A DNA stretch of 64,000 nt, from the NCBI RefSeq assembly GCF_964188315.1, contig NC_135667.1, positions 26,226,001 through 26,290,000 on the forward strand, read 5' to 3'. The notes below the pieces were generated by a model that worked only from the letters and a program-made list of their open reading frames with translations, searched no databases and was not told the origin of the DNA. The position numbers and the translations under genes were made by a program. Source of the stretch: Podarcis muralis. Lineage: Eukaryota. Shown here piece by piece: positions 22,335-34,622 of the stretch (the stretch's first letter is position 1; each line of letters starts with the position of its first letter).

Positions 22335-25300
22335 TTAGTGAAATTCTTTTTTCTTAAAGAATTGGTCCCTAGTGTTCATTTCTGGCTTCAAAATAATGAT
22401 GTACATTTTAGGGACAAATATGCATCCCAGCAACCCAGCACCCGAGGCCAGGATAGAGAAGATCTCCACAGCCACCATGTATTTGCCTTTGGTACTCAGA
22501 TAGGCTGGAATGAAAGATATCCAGACACTGCAGAAGACCAACATGCTGAAGGTGATAAACTTGGCTTCATTGAAACTGTCAGGCAGTTTCCTGGCTAGGA
22601 AGGCCACTGTGAAGCTGACGCTGGCCTGAAAGCCTATGTAGCCCAGGATAGTGTAAAACATGGTGCCGGTGCCCTCATTACATTGAACAACAATCTCCTT
22701 AGGCTGTGTAGTCATATCAAGATCAGGGAAAGGTGGAGAGGTAACTAGCCAAATGGCACAGATACCAATTTGAATAAGAGAGCAAAGAAAGATAATGTAG
22801 TTTGAGAGCCTTTTGCCCACCCATTTCCTCATCTTGCTTCCAGGCCTTGTGGCCATAAATGCCACAACTACAATGATGGTCTTAGCCAGGACACAGGAAA
22901 GTGCAAGAGAAAAGAAGTTTCCAAATGCTGCTTGTCGAAGAAGGCAGGTCACCTTGCTGGGTCGTCCGATGAACAGCAAGGAGCAAAGGAAGCAGAGCAA
23001 AAGGGAAATTAGCAGAAGGTAGGTAAGGTCCCGGTTGTTGGCTTTGACAATGGGGGTATTCTGGTGTCTAATAAACGTTCCAAGTACCAGGGCTGCAATA
23101 AGAGCGAGAGAAAGTGCAGCAGAAGTCAAACTGATGCCTAAAAATTCATTGTAGACCAGGAAGCTTGTGGCTTTCGGAATACATTTGTTCTTATTTTTGT
23201 TGGGATATTCATGTTCTGGACATTTTTCACACTTACGTGCATCTGTAGGAAACAATTAGACTTTCAGTGTAACAGGTTTGTATAACTTTCAGAGGCATCA
23301 CATAGTTCCTATGGCTTAGTTCCTATTTTGTTTCTGGCTTCATCTGCAAACTAGGAAAACTTTTTTTAAAAAAATGACTGGTAATAGTTGGATACTCTTT
23401 GTGGAACAAGGATTTTGTTCAACTTAACAAGCAAAAGCTCTGCAGGACCTGGTACCTTTCTGCCATATCAATTGCCCCAAGCCCTGCAGACTTTGGGAGG
23501 AAATAAACTTCTGTTGCTATTGTAGTGGTTATTGTTTTTGCATTTGTTGATGATGTGCACTGGGTTTGGAAAAGCCCACATTCCAAAACAAATAGTGCCA
23601 ATTCTGGCTTGGGCTGAATTGGATTGATAGAACCCTGGTTTGCCCAAGTGAGTTGTGCTACCTGGAGCACTCTGTTGCTGTGAGGTGGCAGTGTGTTGAG
23701 CTGCAGGCATCTCCTTCCACAAGGAGTGCTTAAGCAAAGACACATTTTGCAGGATTGACTCCCAACTCTCCGTCCGCCTAATACTGCCCTTCCAGTCCTT
23801 CTCACAGTCCATCCAAGGTTGCATTACCACAGCAACTGCTCAGTCCTTCCATCATCCAAAGCTTGGCTGCAAATGAAGTCAGTAATGCAGGTGGAGCTGA
23901 GTCCTGGCTGGGGAAAAGTGAGCAGGGAGCCACAGCCAGCATAGCCCAAGCTCAGCCTAGGCCCAGCTGTGAAGGCTGTATTGCAGTATTTGGTAGGCCA
24001 AGGTAGTTGCTGTGGCAATAACATTTTGGGAAAGGGAGATAAGGAGGCCTAGTGGCCAGGTATGTACGTAGTAGAAGAGTCAGTATTCAATCAATTCCTT
24101 TGTAAAAACCTTGCAGGGAATACAGGTTCAAAGGATTGTCCTGTACCTCACATGATTGAACCCTTGGGTTATAGAAATGCTTAACAAATATTGACCCCCC
24201 CCCCATTTGATTCAGGGTCAGATTCAGGTAGGAGCACGTGCTCTCTGGAGAGATTAAGTTCAGGTCAGCCCGATCTCAGTCCCTGGATCAGGATCCCGCA
24301 TTGGGGATTGGGGGGTGGCAGTGTGCACAGTTGCTGCTGTTGTTATAATTTCTTACTTTTACATCACCATAAGCTCCCAGGACAGACTACAGGAATTTTA
24401 AATAAGGATTAAAAACACTTTAAGAAATTACAGTCAAAGGAATATGGTAGGTCTTGAAAATATATATCTAAAAGGCCATGATAAAGAGATGTGCTCCCAA
24501 CATACATTTGAATTATATAAAGAAAGTCCCAAACAATAGATGACATATAATGGAAAATCCCATACCTGTCTGGTTTGAAATGGTCCCTTCTGGACACTGA
24601 AAACAGTCATGGCAACAAGGTGGTTCTCCATCACGGACTTTTTTGTGGTATCCAGGATGGCATCTTTCAGTGCACATAGAAGGAGGCAATGTCTAATCAT
24701 AAATACAAGGTAACACAGTTTAATTTAATTCATCTGAAGTTATTGATTTTGACTGGTTTTATGTTGTATTTTAATTCAGTGATGCTCGTAAGTGTGAAAA
24801 AAATTCAGTGATATTATTAATAGTTTTTACAATGTTTTTACAAATCTCCTACTTGGAGATTTTGGCTTTAAAAAACAAATAAAAATAAAAGAAGATATCT
24901 GCTTCTGGGCATTGGCACTGCTAACATGTTGTTTGAATTGGGGTAAATGTTTGAGGGTTTGGTGCCATTAAAACAGGGGTCAGCAAACTCTTTCAGAAGG
25001 GGGTGGTCCACTGTCCCTCAGACTTTGTGGTGGGCCAGACTATATTTTGGGGAAAAAATATAAACAAATTCCTATGCCCCACAAATAACCCAGAGTTGCA
25101 TTTTAAATAAAAGGACACATTCTACTCATGTAAAAACATGCTAATTCTCAGACTGTTCGCGGGCCAGATTTAGAAGGCGATTGGGCCGGATCCGGCCCCT
25201 GGACCTTAGTTTACCTACCCATGCTTTAAAAGCTTGCCATGCCATGCCATTAAAAGCATTCAAACTATTTCTTTAAAAAAAAATTGCCACTATCACTTAC

Positions 25301-27045
25301 ATATCGTCTTTAGAATATTTTATATAAGTCTATATTACATTTCTTTGAGAAGCATTTTTGAGAATTTCTAAGTTTGAGATCATTTTACATTTTTATTGTA
25401 ATTCTCCTCATTTTTTATCCTTGCCTGAGTTCAGTTTCAAAAAAACCTTCAATGACCCATATTTTTACAATAACTTATTTCCAATATGTCACAATTGGAG
25501 AAACTCCAGCTATGCTGGCATATTACTATTTATAAGAATTCTCCAGAATTAAACAATTCCTTATTTCCCTTATTAGTACAATAGATTTTAACAAAACAAA
25601 AATGAAAGACCCCGAAGCCACTAAATTATGCTCTCAAAGGTTTCTTGGGCAAAAAACATGTAAGCAATTTTTAATATACAGTCATAACTACTTAGCATAG
25701 ATTGGAAAAGAAGAAACAAGACTGAAGGTAATTAAATGTGGAGTACCAACCTGGTTGAATTTGTTGGGCCATGTAATAGTATGTTCCTCAATGTTAACTG
25801 GCTGGTCTGAGGAAACCTGGGAATTTATCCTACCAACTTTCACTTTCCTGAAAGTGTTATTTGGGAAAGTAACCATGTTAACAATGTCATATCCCATGGA
25901 CAATTCCATGTTTTCATTTAAAAATATCTCCTCCCCAGAACTGTTGTTGAAACGGACTTTCCTCAAATGCGAATGGAGCTAGATAGAGAGACAAAACCTC
26001 AGGATTTACAAAAGCAATGTTTTACAAGCATGTTTCTGGTGCAACAGTTTGAGACATTGCTGTCCTTATGTCAGTGGTTTTCAACCAGTGTGCCATGGCA
26101 CCCTGGGCTGCCTTGAATGATGGTCAGGCATGTCATGGGCAACCATGGCTTCCATCCCTCTTTCCTCTCTCCTCTGATGCTGTCTCATACCTCTGACTCT
26201 GAAAGGCTTTCACAATTGTTTGTTGCAGCAGCCCTGGCTACAAGCTCCCAAGGTGAATGGCGCCTCAGGGGCTGGCCAGGGGGTGCTGCCCAGGCCCTTG
26301 TGGGACAGTGTGAGGAGGCACCTCTCTTTGGGGTGGGGGAAGGCAGCAGTGGCTGCCCAGAGGACTCCCAAGGAGAGGGGAGAGAAGAGGAGGTTGAGGG
26401 AACACATTCCAAGGGAGGGTGTTTGAAAAGGGGTGAGGGGCTGCCTGCTCTGCAGGCAAGGGGTGACATAACTGAGCCCCACAGGCATGCCACAGAAAGA
26501 ATGTAGATACTCAAGGGAGCCATGGACCTAAATATGTTGAAAACCTTTGACTTACATTGGCATTTTTGTGTCCCTGGAAGAAGTTCATGCTATGTGTATG
26601 TATTAGCATTGGAAGGCCCTAATTACTTAATTACTGGGGTGCCTTCCTAGATTTCTAACATTACTCTCTTTTCCAATGCTACAGGTAATATGCTAGGGAG
26701 AAAGTCTTTTAAAAAGAGCAAAAAGTTCCAACATACAGCACAATAAAAACAAAGCTAATCTAAATAAAAACAATTAAAAAGGGAAACAAAAAAGAGGAAA
26801 AAGAGGGGGGAAATACAAAGCCCTGTTTTAGAGGTAGATCTTAACCCTTGTTTCTCACAAAAGGGGACAGATCCTCCTAGCTCTCACCTGGGAACTTTCT
26901 TTTCTTTTCCCAGCCTCCCAGCCTTTGAGTCTTATGTGTAAAATGGGTGACTAAAATTAGCTGCCACTAATCAGATACAAATCATTTGATAAAGGAGGAC
27001 CACATCATATTAATCAAATGTCAGTTTGTTTGTTTGTTTGTTTGT

Positions 27046-27080
<35 letters not shown>

Positions 27081-29824
27081 ATTTCACAGATAACTGAATA
27101 AGTTGCAGCACATCTTCTTGAAGTGATCACATGCACCAAGATTTCCATGGCACCAGTGATTTTCATATGACAAAGTACTCCAACAACATTTGAAGGGCAA
27201 ATGTTTGGCAAAGGCTGATGTAAAGGGTCAGCATTCAGTCTTAGAGGACCATAGAACTGTGACAAAGCCTGATTATTATTCAATGGAATGTGAAGGTAGA
27301 AATATTCAGTAATAAATTATAACAAGATAAACACAAGCAGAGATTATTTTACATTGGCAGATCATGGATGATAGTGTTGAGTATAAATCCAATCAAATTC
27401 TTATAGGGAATCTCTGAACCACTTAATAATAATCTATGCTTCTATCAGTACTTTCTTTCAGGGTTCCATTCAACCTAAAGCAAATTATAGCCAACTGTCC
27501 ATACTAGCTAATTGTAACCAATCTTAACTAATAATTTATGTTGAGTGTCCAATCTTCCTCACAATGTTGCAGGATAAAGTAAAATGATGTTTCCACAAAA
27601 TTGTTTTTCACTTTTTAATATTTAGTTAGAGATCTGCAAATAATATATTTTCATGTAGAAATATATGCTCTGCTTAAAATCATTTTTCACTGAAAGGAAG
27701 CTTCAATGAAATATATGCCAGGTTTCTTACAAAGCTACTTTGACCAGTAAAGGGTTTATCAGTGTTTCCATAATACTATTATTAAAATTCCACTGTTTTG
27801 ACACAATCAGATTCTCAAATAGCTAAAAAATAACTCACAGTTAAAGTAGTGCCACTAAATATAAAACATTACCTCCCAAGGTTCTACTGTCTGAAGGTCC
27901 AATCTTGCTGTTTGTCCCACCAATGGCTTTCTGGAGGAGTAAATATCACGTAAAGCATGTGCCAAGGCATAGATTCCATTATAGATAGTGTAGCTCTCAC
28001 CAGACATATCCAACTCAAACATTGTCTCTGGAAGACTTCCTAGCATTTCCTCCCCAGTACAGTTTTTGATATTTATTTCCCTCATAACAGAATTTGTGAT
28101 GGAACACTGAAACATAGAATTCCAGACTACCTGGATAAAAGCATCATTCTGGTGCTGGTAAGGATTAAAGGTCTGGAGAAAGTTCCGGAATCCTGGCACC
28201 TCATTTCCATGCATTACCATGGACAAAGAACCATGGAATAATTTGAAATTCCAGTTTGTATGAAGAAAAGGTGAGGTCAAATCGAAGTGGGCTGAAATGA
28301 CCCAGACATACTCTAATGGCCTCTTCTTGAATGGTTCATGTATAGTCAATATGAACTGTAAAGGTTGCATAAGAGAAGTTTTCCCATATGCAATAATTAC
28401 ATTGGCTTTAGTCATACTAAGAGCTGTCAGGGTATCATTTTCATAAAACATCTGGTTTGTAGTTTCATTCACTCTCTTAATGAAAAGACCAGGTGCTATT
28501 TTTGTGAAAGCAACACAAATGCCATTCCTACTAAATAGTGATTTCAAACTTCCCAAGACCTCAGGTGTATTATTGTCATAGGAAACAATGAGTCCAACCC
28601 ATGTCCATCTGAAATATCTGATCAAATGCACTATTCCTTCATACTGAGAAGCTTCAGCGGGGACCATTTGGTAGAAAAAAGGGAACCGAGTTTTATCCCT
28701 TAGCGCTGGGTCAACTGAGCTATAACTGAGCTGTTGAGAAAGAACATATGGTGTGAAAAAGACTTTAAAACCTGGTTGCAGTTTAATTTTGTCAAATAAA
28801 AGTAGTCGCAGGTGAACTGGACTCTACCTTCAAAGAATTCTGAAGTCTTCCCTGGGCCCAGTCAGAGGAAAATAGAAGAATCCTAATAAAATAAAAAACT
28901 AAGAAGGCACTGCTAACCACTTTTCTGTTCAGTCTCTTCCCATCACTGCTTAGCTGGTAATTTCTTCCAGCAGTTGTGAGAGGGGGGCAAACAATGTTAT
29001 CCAGTATGCAGAGAGATAAAATAAAATTGAGAAATGCAGGTCATGTACTCCATACCAGAGTTACTAACATATATTTGGCCCAAGATCCACATTGACCGTC
29101 AGCCATCTCTTTGCAGCAGGAATGCAAACTTGGCCCTGCAACCATTGGTGCCTGGGGCCATGGGTGCCATGCAGCATGCATGGGCCTGGCACCTAAATTT
29201 GTAAGTGCCCAGCCCCTTCATGGGGAATTTTGTGGGTGCTTGGGCACCCATGACCCCAAGGAGTTGGCACCTATGGTCTGCAAGGTGGGGGAGGGGACAA
29301 GAGGGTGGGAGGAAACCTGGTGGTTTGGAAAGGGGCCCGGGGCCTAACCCTGTTGCATTATTATTATTATTTTGTCTTTTGTGTTAGCACCATTATTTAT
29401 TTGTTAATTTCCTATTCCACATTCCATTTGTATACCAGACCGAACATGATTGGGCTTTCCTGCACATCAATACAAATCCCATGTAAAGAATTTGCTGAAG
29501 AACTCATTTAGTGGTTTACTTTAATCATCTCATTATTATGTACTGTAAAGCACATTTAGTAATTTACCACCCTAATGACCATTTTGTTTGTTTGTCATGC
29601 CATGTTTTATGATTTATGTGTATATAATTTTGTAACAAGAAAATAAAAGCATTTTAAAATTAAAATAAATAAATTAGCAAACAATCAGTATTATATATTA
29701 ATCAACAGTCATAATATACCTTCTAAACCTTCCAATTTCCAGTTTCTATGCATATGTACTCCATAGTTTCTACCAATATGCCCAGTGTCTTGATCCCTTA
29801 TGCACATAGAGTTATTTCCATCAA

Positions 29825-29873
<49 letters not shown>

Positions 29874-31092
29874 TCTTTCTTTTGGGGTCCCCCTCTTTTA
29901 TACTGAGAGACAGTGTGGTGTAGTGGTTAAGAGTGGTAGTAATCTGGGGAACCGGGTTCGCGTCTCTGCTCCTCCACATGCAGCTGCTGGCTGACCTTGG
30001 GCCAGTCACACTTCTTTGAAGTCTCTCAGCCCCACTCACCTCACAGATTGTTTGTTGTGGGGGAGGAAGGGAAAGGAGAATGTTAGCCGCTTTGAGACTC
30101 CTTCGGGTAGTGATAAAGCGGGATATCAAATTCAAACTCTCTTCTTCTTCTTATTTGGTATTCTTGTGCAAACATGTGTGAGAGGGAGAAGGAAAGAGAG
30201 AGGAAGTGAAATCACACCTTCATGTCTCTTTCTGTGAAGCATCTGTTGATCTATTGCAAGAGATGTCTATCATATAAGAAGTCAAGTAGTCAGTCCTGTC
30301 CTAAAAACAGCAAGACTCTGAAAAAGTGTGCAAAGGTACTTCATCTGGAAGACACCATTTAGTGTGCTTATCTCCCTGATGTGGGCTCTTCCAATCAAAT
30401 GCTCGACAGATTCAACAAGAGGTTGTTTCTTCCATAATGAAGAACATGGTTCTGCATATCCTTACCTGTGGCAGCTTATAGAGGCCTAAAATAGCAGCTA
30501 TCTGCATATGAACATCAGAGGATAGCCCACCAACAGCTGCTGACATTTTATATTGCCTTCCACACCTGAAATTAGGAAATCTTTCTTTTCGAGATGATGG
30601 CCGGGTGAGGATGATATCATAGTTCATTTTTTCATCTAAGAAATTATCATAGATGTGGAACCCAATGGTAATATTTGGCAAGAGTTTCGGATTATTGTTG
30701 ATCTCATTGACAGCAAAATTGATGGCGAAGGCATGCTGGAAGTTCTTCAACATCGGCCTAAAATGAGAGTCATTGACTTAGATTTTTTGGGTACATCTTT
30801 TAGCTGCTTCATTTGCATTCTCAAGACTTTCATAGGAAACCTGATTCAAACCCACAAGAAAACAGAAAGCAAAAGCATAAAAATAAAATTTTAGAGTTCA
30901 TCAGAATAACTCACTATTGGCTGATTTCTGGGGAGCCAGAATAGAAAGATTTTTCTCTTATGTTGCCTGGTAGTCACACATACATGAAATGGCCAGTTAA
31001 AGGCTTTACATAACTTCCAGAGAAAGAGAATTGCTTGGTTAAGGGGCATCCATAGAAACATGGCTTTGCTGTTTAAATATGATGTTTGACAT

Positions 31093-31159
<67 letters not shown>

Positions 31160-32066
31160 TTGCATATACAGTGCACTGTGAACAGAATAATGGAGGAGTT
31201 GAACTGCAACAAGTAAATCTGAACCATTATTTCAAATTGCACATGCAACTGGCTTTGTTGCTGACACCTCCTTCTCAACAAGGCATTTGGTTTCCAATTA
31301 ACATATTATAATATAGGAGATTTCCATGTTCATTCAATTTCCAGATTTCCAGGAAATTGCAGCTTCCGGTGGCCACATCCTTTACAGATGTGTTATTTAG
31401 GCAATATTGATACAGTACGGTGTCCTATCCTGCACTTAATTCTAACTTCACCACTGTCTTGGAGCTGGATTTCATTTTAATGCCATTTATTCTCATTGTT
31501 TATTTTCTTCCTCTTTGCTGATGCACCCCTACCAATTAAGTATAATGCCACATACATCTGAAGACATTTATCCTAGCCAATGGGAGTATCAGTTTTTCAG
31601 GTACTATAGGAGTCTGTGTTTGATGATGCAATGAAATACCCTTCTGGAAGTTCTGGTGAACATGTAAAGTAGTCTAATAGGCACCATTCACGTCATATGA
31701 CTCCACACTGGCATATGCTACAGTTGCCATGAAAGTTATTGCTATGGTACTGAGTAGAGTTAATAAATTGTTCTCACCACCAAGTTACTCAGCCCTGATT
31801 TTAAGGTATCAAACTTGGAATTTGCCCTGCATTCAAATAAAATAACAGACTTACTGAAACACCCTGTTCTTGAAATTTATGGGTATAACTGTGAAGTTCT
31901 CATGTATATTAACAAGAGCATGCAATGATAAAAGTCCACCAATGACATGGTCACCAGGCTTATAATAATCAAACTGAGAACTATCTCTTTCTCCTCTGTG
32001 GCATCCCTTCGCGTTCTTGCTGATGACTTGAGGCAGCATCAGAAGCAGCAGAATAAAGAACAACAT
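22335..32066 (-). CDS. Vomeronasal type-2 receptor, intact six-exon gene, ~874 aa (V2R-B)
   Basis: Exons (minus): 32066-31855, 30757-30466, 28730-27873, 25978-25751, 24692-24566, 23242-22335. All GT-AG, phases 2,0,0,0,1, total 2625 nt, open frame. Closest paralog of V2R-A. Confidence 0.93.
24974..25223. mobile_element. hAT-type MITE (V2R-B intron 4)
   Basis: CAGGGGTCAGCAAAC...GTTTACCTACCCATG; 8-bp TSD CATTAAAA / CTTTAAAA. Confidence 0.8.
26072..26549. mobile_element. Older hAT-type MITE (V2R-B intron 3)
   Basis: CAGTGGTTTTCAAC...GTTGAAAACCTTTG ends; degenerate 8-bp TSD (5/8 match); GC-rich interior. Confidence 0.6.
27024..27079. repeat. Compound (GTTT)n(GCTT)n microsatellite
   Basis: Seen directly. 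Confidence 0.95.
29825..29873. repeat. (TAT)n microsatellite
   Basis: About 16 units. Confidence 0.95.
29905..30152 (+). mobile_element. tRNA/CORE-type squamate SINE (Squam3-like)
   Basis: CAGTGTGGTGTAGTGGTTAAGAG...GGGTTCG head, GACCTTGGGCCAGTCAC core, (CTT)n tail. Confidence 0.8.
31093..31155. repeat. Compound (AC)n(AG)n microsatellite
   Basis: Seen directly. Confidence 0.95.
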
Positions 32067-32739
32067 TATGGATCATTGTAAAAAGAGACAGTGGGAATTA
32101 TACTGAGCAGTATCTATACGCTTATTCTAGCCTGAGCATCTAATCTGAGATTACATAACCTCACATTCAAAGGCTATATAAGGACTTGCAACTTTGCCTT
32201 TCCCCCTTTATTTTATTCATAATGTCAATAATTTTGAAAGTTATATCTGTAAATCCTTTGGGGCTTCAGCACACACTGAATTACAGTACTTCTGATAATT
32301 ACAGAGAAGCTAGGCACCTTTCAAAAGCTGCAGAATTAAACTGCAACCCAAACATACACGCTTTACCTTAAAATAACGTTATTTTATAGTATGTTGTAGT
32401 AGAAGATATCCTACTTGTCTGGTCAAAATACCAATTCAAGGTGGCTTACAGTATCATAAAAATAAGATAACACACGGGATTTTTTTTAAAAAAGTTTAAT
32501 TATTTGAAAAACAAACAAACGGAAATACCGGAGTAAAAAATTTTAAGGAACTGTTTTCTTTTCTTTCTTTTTTTAAAAAAACCTCACAATTTATAAAACA
32601 GTTATAACTTTCCCTCACAAGATTCTTCATACTCAGAGGAATTTGCCTGACTGCATTACTAGCAAAGTCAATTTATTTTGACATAAGTTTTCATCAGATG
32701 CATGAAGTCATATTCTCAGTCAGCAGGGTACAGTGTATT

Positions 32740-33190
32740 CATATTTGGGGGTGGGCAATAAAGGGGGATCCACAGAAGAACCCTATGAAGGAGGGGGTAT
32801 TATGGCCATTCTGCAAAAGGGCAGTTGAGAAAGTGTGACCATATGTGATGAACAGATAACGTTTGTTGGTTTTCAAGAGACTCTGTGAAAAACAGAGGAA
32901 TATTGTTAAAAAGAAAATAAGAGGAGGGAAGGAGATATCTAAAGGCAATATTAAGTTAAGAAATGCGTTAATAATATTGATGCAAACGAAAGATCGGCAG
33001 AGGAGCTGAGGGAAGTCAAAAAGAGAGAGGAAGGTGTGATAAAATGTGAATTGATTGTATAGAAAATGGTTTGTTTTTTTCTTTTGTGGAAAATGAATAA
33101 AAATATTATTAAAAAAAAGAGAGAAAGTGTGACCTGTCTGATTTCACCTAGTGACAGAAAAATGTTATTAACCAGGAACCGAATTTTGTG
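32740..33190 (-). pseudogene. Tentative, highly decayed olfactory receptor remnant (TM1-TM3 region)
   Basis: Minus-strand translation gives LSLFFLIIFLFI...NSHFITPSSLFLTSLSSSADLSFAS (compare [24 protein letters not shown]), then in another frame ISF...IFFLTIF...KRYLFI and FFCGS. Spacing is roughly OR-like but identity is low. Confidence 0.4.
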
Positions 33191-34317
33191 GTCGCTACAC
33201 AGAATTGTATGATGCTGAAGGCAACAATCCAGAGGCCCTGTCATGAAATAAGGATTGCAGAGTTAGCTGTGTCACATCCAGTGCAGAAGTTATGCTGGGC
33301 ATACCCTTGTCAGACACACTTTTGGCACTGGTGTAAATATGGCCTACCTGGACTTTGCTCCTCCAAAGAAATGGGGAACTTATCCAATCAGTGTTCCTAT
33401 TTGCATAGAAGAGCCTCACACATCTACTTGTATACATGTGCAGGGCCCTGGCACCAAATATGTGATGGTGATGGACACAGGTCATGTATGGATATGGATG
33501 GGCATAGCCAAAAGACAGAAACCTCACATATTGAAAGAGCATAAGACCTAATACACCCCATGCCATGCAACTGACTTAAGAATCAAAATATTGGTTTATC
33601 CACTCAGGTCCTGCTATCAGAACATGCTTTCTGTGAAAATTTGCTTATCAGAACACAATGAAGTAGTACCCAAATCTCGCTACAGAAACTGCTGATTAGA
33701 TAAATGATGCATTTTAAATTTTCCCATAGGAAATAATGGAAATTGTCATATCATTATGGGAAAGCCTGCCAAACGAATGATTTCTCCAGAATGCACTGCG
33801 TTCAGATAGCTGGACCTGCCTTGTGTATTGTGCAAAACAAACAAAAGGAAAGGGAAAAAGTAGCTGAACTCTGAACCAAAAGTGCATCAGTGCTTGGACA
33901 GACTAATGCTGCCTCCTGTGAACTGCAGCGATTTCCTCCTCTCCTGTCAGTCACCCCACCCTTTATCCCATACTGTTCAGGAAATCTGACCACCACCACC
34001 CCACCCCCCACCCCCCCGCGCGCAGAAGGTTTCTAACAGCATGCATTGTTCTATGCCAGCCACGAGAAGAAGGAGGCGCCACCGCCACCCTAAAGGCCTA
34101 GCTTGGGTGCAGCTTGCCTTGCCTCCCTGTGGCCCTAGCCTCAATGAGTGTCCACAAAATCAGATGACCTTTGCCTTAATTTAATATTCCCATCCTTATT
34201 GGTGAGCAAGCAAATTTCCGAATGTCTTTTTTAATAAAAGGGTTTTTTTTTATTCCTACACATGTTTCAGGCATTAAGATATGCACCTTTATGGACCTGA
34301 AGGAAGCCTCTGAATAA

Positions 34318-34622
34318 GTGCAGAGGCACTGTGGGTTAAACCACAGAGCCTAGGGCTTGCTGATCAGAAGGTCGGCGGTTCGAATCAGGGTGAGCTCCCG
34401 TTGCTCTGTCCCAGCTCCGGCCAACCTAGCAGTTCAAAAGCACGTCAAAGTGCAAGTAGATAAATAGGTAGATAAGTAGATAAACAGGAAGGTAAACAGC
34501 GTTTCCGTGGGCTGCTCTGGTTCGCCAGAAGCAGCTTAGTCATGTTGGCCACATGACCCAGAAGCTGTACGCCGGCTCCCTCAGACCGGACCTAAGGGAT
34601 CCCTTTACCTTTACTTTACCTT
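34318..34622 (+). mobile_element. Sauria SINE
   Basis: GGCACTGTGGGTTAAACCACAGAGCCTAGGGCTTGCTGATCAGAAGGTCGGCGGTTCGAATC head, GCTTAGTCATGTTGGCCACATGACC body, (ACCTTT)n tail. Confidence 0.9.

Noticed and set aside
32172-32185. Candidate TATA box about 110 bp upstream of the V2R-B ATG
   Set aside because: Imperfect on the minus strand, not preserved at the same position in V2R-A, and the transcription start site is unknown.
33195-33566. Faint resemblance to a V2R exon 2 end (SMQIGTL..., CAG|GTAGGC donor)
   Set aside because: The match covers only a few residues, upstream exon-2 motifs (FAI.EIN, LGF.IYD) are missing, and no neighbouring V2R exons were found.
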